From Rotaria sordida (taxonomy: Eukaryota): 8,809 nucleotides of DNA. Of this stretch, positions 1 to 8,685 are shown in pieces. The notes beneath the pieces are model-generated. The model searched no databases, had not been told where the DNA came from, and worked only from the letters and a program-made list of their open reading frames with translations. Both the position numbers and the translations under genes were made by a program. The stretch covers positions 88,037-96,845 of the forward strand of contig CAJNOU010000143.1 of NCBI GenBank assembly GCA_905252715.1. The letters are read 5' to 3'. Position 1 is the stretch's first letter, and the number at the start of each line of letters is the position of its first letter.

Positions 1-1190
1 GACCGTATTTGGCCGCATTACTTGAAATTTTGAATTATTCCACTTGCTGTTTAAAAAAACTGATTCGTCTCTTTCGGAACTTCCAATAGTTCCATACAAA
101 AATAGAATGAAATTTTAGAACGGCTGTTGCGTAGGTGTACATGCTACTTAGGCTAAGAGTGAAGCACGATTACAACGAAAATTATACTAATCTTTAGATG
201 TTCAGAGAAATATCCTACATTCAACCGTTATGTAAATTGTTTCGTGACAATAGAGCTAGTGTTAACGATAAGTCATAATGTCGGATTCGAATTTTTCAAC
301 GCTAGAAACTTCTAGTCAAGTCGTGTTTACAGTCTAGAAAATTTAAAATAAAAATACTCTTCTGTGAATCGAAAAAGCATCTTCCAACATTGTTAAAATT
401 ATCTGTCGAAGTTGAGCTCCTCGTCATCAAAAATATCTAGAAAATTTTATGACAAATTACCAAAATTTACAATTAATGCTCATAAAGGTCAAACTTTAGC
501 TTATTGCAACTTGTTAGAAATCGAGTCTTGAGTTGAAGACTTTTGCTTTCGAGAAAGTTTAGTCAAGTAACGATGAATTTGGCGTTCTAGGTCGATCTAT
601 CGAAATATTTTGTCTTGGCAGAATAAGACAATTTTCTCTTCGACTACGATTACTACATAATATTCACTACTAAGGTCAACACAAATGCCATTTTCAATCC
701 ATCAGCTCAGTTAGAAAATCGAGTATTTTTCATTTTACTTATTTTTCTATGAGAATAAACGTTTAACCAATATAATCGTTGTAGAATTATGTTTTGTATA
801 GTATTAACGAACATTGACTTGTTTGCAAGCGTCGAAGTTGCAAAGGAAAGTTGAAAATAAGTGAGAGAATCAGATAATATTGCAAGAGAACAGAATACAA
901 ACGATGGTGTGATGCATTTATTTTATACATTTTGTCCACGTGGTAACAGGAGGCATTTTACCTTTCTACAGGTAAACATATATCAGTTGAAAAAAAAACA
1001 GTCGCATCGGTTCGATGATTTATATTTGAAACAGTCGATCAGTGATCAAGCCTACAGCAACCTCACATATCCATGTGTTACTCTATTCGTAAGTATACAA
1101 GTAATATAGTTACATTTTAATAATACGACAAAGGTATCGAATATTAAACAAATGAACGAAAGATAGAAATAACATGGACATGTCAATGTA

Positions 1191-1712
1191 CGGCACATCT
1201 GAATACGACACGAGGTGCTCGTTGCGACACATTTTGTCCAACGACGGCACGACACATTCTCACAACGTGGTTCGAATCTAATATGCAGCGCACTTTTCAT
1301 TTTTTTTCTGTAAGAGCAAATTATGATATTTTTGTGAATTTTTCCTATGTAATTATTCATATTCTGAAAACTGAAGCAGATCAAATTTTGAGATCTGCCC
1401 AACCTCGAGTTGCTCCGATCTCCACCCGACCGCTTTTGGGTAGTCCTCTCTCGATCATGGATCAAGATCGGCATGTTCTGAACCAATAAATAATCGAGAA
1501 TTAATCTAGCAAAAAAAAAATTAATGTGAAAATAGATAAGTTTAATGTGTTCAATCGAGTTGTCTATAAGAAGCTGTTTGTGGAAAATAAAACGATGAAT
1601 GAATAGGCAACAGACAGAATGCGACAAATTCATTTACGACACATTCTGATTGCAATACATTTTCTCAATTGAACCTGCGACACTATAACTTACGACACAT
1701 AAGTGCGGCACA
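1191..1712. repeat. Two clusters of a degenerate short motif, (T/G)(A/G)CG(A/G)CACATT
   Basis: Occurrences near 1191 (cggcacat), 1206 (cgacac), 1225 (cgacacattt), 1245 (cggcac), 1250 (cgacacattct), 1621 (gcgacaaatt), 1637 (cgacacattct), 1678 (cgacact), 1691 (cgacacat) and 1705 (cggcacattt). Confidence 0.5.
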
Positions 1713-2794
1713 TTTTATTTTAGTGTGTATGCAATATTCTTTTTTGAATGCCATTTCTCCAACGGTTTGATTAATTGTTCTTGAATCTTGTAGAGTCGAT
1801 AGAACTCGTCATTACTTCTTTTATATCCAACACCGAGCATTTTGATCATCTTTTTCCAGTTTTCGGTTTTTTTGATGCATCAATGTGCTCGATATTGTAT
1901 TTCAGAGTATCATTGACGCAGCTTGAGACTCTCCCTAAATTTACATTATTCGGGTTGCTGAATTAGGTAACATCGTAGTCTAACTACTGCATTCGTAAGC
2001 GACAAAACGGTATTGCTGATCGATAATACTCTTTTTCAAAAAGAAAGTTTTCGTCAAGAATTAGTAGATGATAGTCTATAAAGATTTTTTAAAGTCAAGT
2101 AGAAGATTTTTATAAATATTTGTTATTAGAGAATGTTTCATAGATGCTACAAATAGAGAAAATATCAAAATGCAGTCCAAAATATGTAACCCTGCGATAT
2201 ATATATTATGTGAGAAAGAACTTCAGTTGTGATATAGATAACAGCCGTCATTGAATTTCAGATTCTTCTGCATCGTGTAAATAAGCAAGCTAGACAAAAA
2301 AAAACAAATATTGCTTCAGTTTTTTTCTTCGCTTAATGGAAGTGATTTTTCGGATTATTTATCATAGAACGAGTGAAGTATGGTGGAGATAGATGATGAA
2401 AATATCTTTCACCTAATCAAGAACTTCACTACGTCTACCGGAAGCGACTTTTTCGAGACATGGGATCTCAAAGTTCCATACAGTCGATTGCTTCTATTCT
2501 TAATCTTCTCTCACAGAACAATTCGCGATAAGTTGATGATAACTGTTGAATCGAGCGATCCTATTGAAATTGATTCGATTTTCATCTTTCAATGATTTTT
2601 TGAAAAGACAAATTTGACTTATACTCATTTCCCATTTCATTTTTTTAATGACCAAGCAGCAAATTACTCTCACTGATCACATTCTCTTAGGAACGAGAGG
2701 CTTGACATCATCCTTGCGTACGCTTCTTCTTGAAAGTGAGGAGCGACCGAATTACAATGATTTGTCATCAAACGATCCACCACATCTTTCTATC

Positions 2795-2799
<5 letters not shown>

Positions 2800-2837
<38 letters not shown>
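2800..2837 (+). repeat. (CT)19 dinucleotide microsatellite
   Basis: Perfect CT/TC alternation from c2800 to t2837. Confidence 0.98.
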
Positions 2838-2839
<2 letters not shown>

Positions 2840-2848
2840 TCTATTGTA

Positions 2849-3440
2849 GGTCTTCTGAACCTTCCTTCTAATATCCGATGGACACAGAACAGTGTGATTA
2901 TCGCTGGATGCCAAAGCAAAGGCAATGTACTTCATCATCTCGTCTATCATCGTAGTCTACAAGTTCATGAAGACTCAACCGTCAATGTCGTTAACTGATT
3001 CAATCACTGTATCATCAAATAACAACTATATGCAACGCAGAGAAGAAACCATTGTCAAAAAGAAACATTGCCTGTCGTGATCCATGGTCGACGATGAGCG
3101 ATTTCTTTTCAACTTTGACGTCGAGAAGTATGAAAGCAGCCGATATTGGGAGAGAAACATCGAACGAAGAGTGGTGGTCGGTGATAACAAGAATGATACA
3201 GTACAGTTGTCTGGTCTTACGGAAGTGTTCGTCCATCGTCGGATACCGTCTATGCAGCATAGTACGGAAATGATCGAATGATGCGCTGACGCAAAGAAAC
3301 GAACAACTGATTGATCATTGTAGACGAAAGCACTGGAGAAGAAAAAACTGAATAGCTGGCTCATCCACGGGGTTTGTCGTTTGATTCTGATGAGAATCTT
3401 ACTGTCTTCGAAAACAATGATCTGATGATGATGCATCATC
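2849..3440 (+). pseudogene. Decayed NHL-repeat (beta-propeller) gene remnant
   Basis: Three collinear fragments resemble consecutive parts of invertebrate NHL-repeat proteins. (a) 2849..~3034 NLPSNIRWTQNSVIIAGCQSKGNVLHHLVYHRSLQVHEDSTVNVVN*FNHCII. (b) ~3036..3268 QRREETIVKKKHCLS*SMVDDERFLFNFDVEKYESSRYWERNIERRVVVGDNKNDTVQLSGLTEVFVHRRIPSM. (c) 3269..~3433 NDRMMR*RKETNN*LIIVDESTGEEKTE*LAHPRGLSFDSDENLTVFENNDLM. The frame changes between fragments and each contains stops. Confidence 0.65.
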
Positions 3441-3474
3441 AGTGTGCCTCTCACATGCCACTATCTTCAATGAA

Positions 3475-3487
3475 AGAGAGAGAGAGA
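3475..3487 (+). repeat. Short (AG)n tract
   Basis: AGAGAGAGAGAGA read directly, near the 3' edge of the NHL remnant. Confidence 0.85.
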
Positions 3488-4563
3488 TATTGAGTACTTA
3501 GTCAGGAAGCAACCATCTCAACTATCTCATGAGTTCAAATTTCGTATTATAATGGAGAGTACATCTCCCTGAGAACGAGAGGACTGTAAAAGGATTAGTG
3601 TTCGTGACTTAAAGGTTATGATTTGAGACCATTTTGTTGAAGTTTTTATCAATAGGGCAGGATTTTCTAAAACAAATAAAATTATATATTTTTTACTTCA
3701 GATATTGACTACAAGTAGATTAAGTTATCTTTAGAGTGCCCTGAAATTTTCAGCAAAAACAAATGTGTACTTTGCGAGAAACTGAATCAATAATCACGTT
3801 CGATTCTGATTGTCTTTCTCTGAGAATCGAACTAGTTTTTTTGAATTCAATATCTGGACAAGTAAACACTCATTTTTCCTGAAAATTGCAGAAAACTCTA
3901 ATGACAAAAACATCAACCCGTAGATGGAATCACAGGTCAAAAAGAATGTTTTTTTTCGTTTTTTTTCCGCGAATTCTATTCTATGGGTGGAAAACTCAGT
4001 AAAATGACTGCCCAATTATAACTGTTGAGCAATGGATACAAATCTTTTTTGGAGATGTTTCGGTCACTGAGAGCTCTACTTCCAGTCATAATACGAAGTC
4101 TTAACTCATAATACAATTGAGATATTATCAGTGTTAGAGAATGATATCTTCTGTTTGCTTCGGTTATCGAAGCCATCGAACGAACGATTAGTACCATCAT
4201 TTCATTGCTTACAATGTCTATCGTTCCCGGACGCACGCGTCTCAATGATCGAGTAATCATCAAACTAATAATTCATTTGTTCCAAAGCTGAAAGTTTATG
4301 ACTATTTAGGCAGTAAAATGTTGTCGCCTCTTCTCAGTCAGTAGATCTAGCAGGTGCATTTCAAATCGTACGATGACTTCATCAAAGTAGAATGAGTATA
4401 CGAAGTATGTAGTAGTCAAAGCAAAAGATTAATTAAATAGATGGAAATAATACTTTGATGAATTTTTTCAAAGTGAACACAGAGCTTGATGAGAATATAC
4501 TAAAATAGATTCAATCTTCTTCTCTCGATCAAAAAAGAACTCTTCCATCAGGAGGGTGCATCT

Positions 4564-4985
4564 ATGGTTGAGAAGATGGTTAAAGCAATCCAACAGGCTA
4601 GAAATAAGAGCGCTTTGGAAGGGATAAGTTACTTTCGAAACTATTGAAAGCAGGTGATCACCCTTGGACAGACTGGTGGCATGAAAATGTCAGTGATAAT
4701 TGCAAACAAGAGATCATGATTCAAGGCTCGACCATAGCAATATTAATATGCTTGTATAAGAGTGAAGATGGTCAGCACTTGTCCACAATGAGAAGACACT
4801 GTCTTTTAGCAGCACTGAAATTATCACGAGGAACCGCATTACTATCTAGTTGTGTAAATCAGTTTATCGAGAATCTTACAGTATTTATAAATATCCCAAA
4901 TAAAAATCTCAAATTTATTTAGAAAGTAGCAGTGAAAATGTTTGATCAACACCTTGAACATATCAGAAACCAGCCTCTGGGTTGA
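4564..4985 (+). pseudogene. Unidentified probable coding remnant, possibly frameshifted and with one candidate intron at 4881..4922
   Basis: Frame 1 reads MVEKMVKAIQQARNKSALE from 4564. After a 1-nt frame change it continues GRDKLLSKLLKAGDHPWTDWWHENVSDNCKQEIMIQGSTIAILICLYKSEDGQHLSTMRRHCLLAALKLSRGTALLSSCVNQFIENLT. Removing GTATTT...TTTATTTAG (4881..4922) then joins in frame to KVAVKMFDQHLEHIRNQPLG* ending at 4985. Composition looks protein-like but I do not recognise the family. Confidence 0.35.
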
Positions 4986-5496
4986 CATAGGTATATGAAC
5001 CATTTGTATTGTGATCGATTTGACAATTATTTAACATCCTTAACGCAGATATTTGATATCGAGATACTTCTCAACAGTCCTAAGTATTTTTTATCACTTT
5101 TGTATTTTTCAAATATATAAACATGAATTTGTGCGCAACACGAGTTTACGAATGACATGGCTGAGAGAGAGGGAGAATAATAATGTTTCATTATTTAATT
5201 CCTTGTATTTTTCTTCAAATAACTAGGTCTGTCAATAATTATTTAAAAAAAAAAGAGTATTCGTTATTCGATCATGCTCCAATTTATCGAATTTTCTAGA
5301 TAAGACAGATCGTTTTTTAGCGTTATCGTCGATTGGTGCTGATTAGCATTGAATAAATTCCTCTCTCGAATTCAATTTAAACTCACTCAAGTATCTTGAC
5401 TAAAAAGCTACCAAAAAAAACTTGCCAGTGATATGATTCTTATTTTAGACACATAAAATTCACGTACGTCCAACTTGAATAAAGAGTTGAATATAT

Positions 5497-5632
5497 ATGG
5501 CGATGACAAAACAATGGAACGTCGTTTCAGCACTGCTTACTGATCTTTATCAAATTACAATGGCCTATGCTTATTGGAGAAGTGGCAAACATCAAGAGGA
5601 ATCTACATTCGATCTATTTTTTCGCAAGAATC
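5497..5632 (+). CDS. NAPRT: NAPRT exon 1 ([45 protein letters not shown] + 1 nt)
   Basis: In-frame TGA at 5488..5490 precedes ATG 5497 (alternative ATG at 5503). Donor is C|GTAAGT at 5632/5633. The exon is absent from the ORF track because it is short. Confidence 0.88.
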
Positions 5633-7349
5633 GTAAGTGAATCAAATGTATTTTCTGTGTCGAAATAAAAAGGTTCCTGTCAAATATGTATTTGTGTAGC
5701 ATTTGGTGGTGAATACACATTGTTTGCTGGCCTCGAAGATTGTCTAAAATTTGTACAAAATTACAAATTTCAAACATCCGACATTGATTATCTTCGCGAA
5801 ACATTGCCCACCCATATCGAAAAAGAATTTTACGACTTTCTATCGACACTCGACTTGAATGATATTAAAATTTATGCAATACCTGAAGGTTAAACTCTGT
5901 ATTTATATACTTTCTTCTGTATTTTTTAATTCGTCATTCAGGCTCTGTGGTTTTTCCTCACTCGCCGTTGCTTCGTATCGAAGGACCTATTTTAAAAGCG
6001 CAACTGCTCGAAACAACCCTGCTGACATTAATCAATTACGCCAGTCTAGTAACAACGAATGCCGCTCGATTTCGTGCGGCAGTAGGATCCAATAAAAAAT
6101 TTTATGAATTCGGTCTCCGAGATGCACAAGGTTCGGACGGCGGTCTTAGTGCCTCAAAATATTGTTATTTGGGCGGATTTGATGGTACATCAAATGTACT
6201 AGCTGGTAAACTGTACGGAATTACTCTCCGAGGTAAATATCTATGATCAAAAATTTATTGGCTTTTGACTTTTGAAAATAGGAACACATTCATACGCTTA
6301 TGTTAGTTCATATGGAAATCTTGATGAGTTGAAAATTCGAGATTTATCCGATCGAATTACTGGTGAATCACGACCATTTGTTCAATTGTGCTTGAACTAT
6401 CTCAATGAGCTCGGTCCAATACTCAAAATCTTTCCCGATCAAGCAAACAAAGGTGAATTAACCGCATTTATTGCCTATGCTATTTCGTTTCCTTCTGGCT
6501 TCTTGGCTTTGATCGACACGTACGATGTTCTCAAGTCTGGTGTCCCGAACTTTTTGGCTGTCGCTCTTGCATTACACCAATGTAATTATCAAGCAATCGG
6601 TCTTCGTTTGGACTCCGGTGACTTGGCCTATTTGTCATTGGAAATACGAGCAAATTTTGTTGAAGTCGCTCGAAAATTCAATGTATCTCATATCGAACGT
6701 TTGGATATTGTGGCAAGTGGTGATATCAATGAGGAAACATTGCTTTCATTGGAAAGCCAAGAACATGCAATTGACATATTCGATATTGGAGCACATTTAG
6801 TTACATGTCAAAAACAACCAGCACTTGGTTGTGTCTATAAATTGGTCGAAGTAAGTGTCTATTAGTGGAGAAAAAAAAAGAGTTGAAAACTATTCATTAT
6901 TCTCGATATAGTTGAATGGAACGGCACGCATCAAAGTAAGTCAAGACATCGAAAAATTGATGATACCTGGTCGAAAAAATCTCTATCGATTCTACGATGG
7001 TAATGGTGAAGCTTTATGTGACTTGATGACTGAAAGTGACGAACCAGAACCGATAGCTGGTGTTCGAATGCTCTGTCGACATCCATTTTCCGAAACGAAA
7101 CGTGCCTATGTTACACCAACAACCGTACAATGTATGTATAAATTGTATTGGGCTAATGGTCAAATTCAACAGGCATTACCGACATGGCAAGAAGTTCGTA
7201 TTTATGTCCAACGACAAATCGAAACATTGCGTAAAGATCATCGACGACAACTTAATCCGACACCGTACAAGGTCTCTGTTACCGATCATCTCTATTCATT
7301 CTTCCATCGACTCTGGATAAAAAGCATACCGATTGGTGAACTTGCCTAA
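5497..7349 (+). CDS. NAPRT: Nicotinate phosphoribosyltransferase homologue, spliced: join(5497..5632,5700..5888,5942..6232,6282..6850,6912..7349), 1623 nt including stop, 540 aa
   Basis: Manual splicing gives one uninterrupted frame. Exon sizes are 136+189+291+569+438 and all introns are GT..AG. Recognisable family segments: [182 protein letters not shown] and C-terminal IGELA. Length matches animal NAPRT (~540 aa). Confidence 0.93.
5700..5888 (+). CDS. NAPRT: NAPRT exon 2 ([63 protein letters not shown])
   Basis: Acceptor TTTGTGTAG|CA and donor GAAG|GTTAAA. Phase 1 on both sides keeps the RKN-PFGGEY motif intact. Confidence 0.9.
5942..6232 (+). CDS. NAPRT: NAPRT exon 3 ([18 protein letters not shown]...[13 protein letters not shown])
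   Basis: Acceptor GTCATTCAG|GC and donor CGAG|GTAAAT. Contains [23 protein letters not shown] and [14 protein letters not shown]. Confidence 0.92.
6282..6850 (+). CDS. NAPRT: NAPRT exon 4 ([13 protein letters not shown]...LRLDSGDL...[17 protein letters not shown])
   Basis: Acceptor GAAAATAG|GA and donor GTCGAA|GTAAGT. Contains core catalytic-domain segments. Confidence 0.93.
6912..7349 (+). CDS. NAPRT: NAPRT exon 5 ([20 protein letters not shown]...[23 protein letters not shown])
   Basis: Acceptor CTCGATATAG|TTG. The frame continues to TAA at 7347..7349 with the NAPRT C-terminal pattern. The TTG at 6912 in the ORF track is an internal Leu, not a start. Confidence 0.92.
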   Translation: MNGTARIKVSQDIEKLMIPGRKNLYRFYDGNGEALCDLMTESDEPEPIAGVRMLCRHPFSETKRAYVTPTTVQCMYKLYWANGQIQQALPTWQEVRIYVQRQIETLRKDHRRQLNPTPYKVSVTDHLYSFFHRLWIKSIPIGELA

Positions 7350-8674
7350 TAATAGAATCAGAGAACAAATGAGAACTCAAGAATTGAACTGAGATGAATT
7401 GATTGACTACTGTTTGTGTTTATGTACTTCAGGCTTTTTCATTTGTATTTCCTCTGCTAATCTTAGAATATATACTGGTTCTCTATTTTATATCCACGTA
7501 TACCGCCCTTCCTTTCTTGCCTATATTGCCAATTTGTTATTTGTACCATGTACGAACACAACGCATAGATTGTAGAGCAAGCTATTTTTTTAGCAATCAG
7601 TGATTCTTTTCCAATTGCTAATCCAAAAATTTATAATTGTCGTATTGAAACTTCGACTAGATCATCACGAACATCAAATAACTACAGAACAATCTGTCAA
7701 TTACATCAAAATTATTTCAAAATAATGTTACATTTAAACAATCGCTAGATCATTGTGCCAAATGTGGGTTGTATAGAAGTAGGCTGAATCCTCTGCTTTC
7801 ACCAATTGATTTTGCAGTTTTCTATTACATAAAACTGAACATTGACTAACCATTAAAATTCACAATGCATTCCTTTCAGTCATCATTCAAGAGACTCTTT
7901 AAAGTCAATTCGCCTACAACGCTATGCTATCATAGTTGACATCTTTGTTAATCAAGTCATACTAATTGAATAGATGAAGCCATCAAATCGAGTCGTATCA
8001 CCAGAATAGCGATCATCAGTGGTCCTAAATCCGATTAAATCAAAAAAGATTGCACAATTCGAATCTAATGAATTTTCGATATAAAGTCCAACGAATCCGA
8101 TTCGATGTAAATCGAGAGGAAAAAGAAAATATTTACATAATGAATTGTATTCTTCGATAAACGACTATCAACACCATTCAAATTTGTTCAAATAATATAC
8201 AACTAATTAGTGTTACTGAATCTATGAGAGTTCTTCACCATCCGAGCTCAGCATAAATCTATATATTTAAGCTCTATATGTTCAATTGGTTCTGTTGAAC
8301 AGTAATGCAGCATCATGAATTAATTCTGTTATCGAAGATAAATAAGTTGATGAACTGTCCGCAATAGCTATAAGAATATGTTAAATAAAAACAACAACTG
8401 GTCTAGACTTCGATTAATGGCAAAATGCAATTGATTGTTTCACTACTATTCCAACATCTTTCAACGTTTGCTCATATCTCATGTATTAATCGTGTTCGAT
8501 CTATGAAAACAATCGATTTTCGGCAGATCCTTTCAAAGACTATACCAGAAGAATTGACTTAATCGATCTTCTTTCATTATAAACGACATAGGCTTGATTT
8601 GCGGCTATAATCGTGTTTATAGAATATTCTGTCGAAAGAACCCCGCCGGATAAGATTATAAATCTGCCACCCCT

Positions 8675-8685
8675 CCCCCCCCCCC
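8675..8685 (+). repeat. C11 homopolymer within a C-rich segment (CCACCCCTCCCCCCCCCCC)
   Basis: Read directly from the sequence. Confidence 0.95.

Noticed and set aside
861-1109. 82-aa plus-strand ORF
   Set aside because: Composition and lack of any family pattern suggest chance ORF in spacer.
1775-1966. 63-aa plus-strand ORF
   Set aside because: Short, non-ATG start, unrecognised hydrophobic product.
2648-2950. 116-aa plus and 60-aa minus ORFs containing SLSLSLSL / ERERER runs
   Set aside because: The low-complexity stretches are translations of the (CT)19 microsatellite. Only the part after 2849 resembles protein.
3026-3454. 142-aa minus-strand ORF (and nested 81-aa minus ORF 3015..3260)
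   Set aside because: Antisense to the NHL-like relic. The + strand translations carry family-like motifs; the minus product is unrecognised.
3794-4263. Two minus-strand ORFs (73 and 95 aa)
   Set aside because: No recognisable motif, no supporting splice structure; likely chance.
5592-5849. 85-aa minus-strand ORF
   Set aside because: Lies antisense to NAPRT exons 1-2, whose product is clearly recognisable; shadow ORF.
5859-6095. 78-aa plus-strand ORF
   Set aside because: Reads across an intron and exon 3 in the wrong frame.
6525-6800. 91-aa plus-strand ORF
   Set aside because: Out-of-frame overlap within NAPRT exon 4.
7060-7320. 86-aa plus-strand ORF
   Set aside because: Out-of-frame overlap within NAPRT exon 5.
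7403-7603. 66-aa ORF just downstream of NAPRT
   Set aside because: Hydrophobic low-complexity product in the probable 3' flank; no homology recognised.
8383-8395. AATAAA-type sequence as NAPRT polyadenylation signal
   Set aside because: About 1 kb past the stop at 7349; too distant to assign without transcript evidence.
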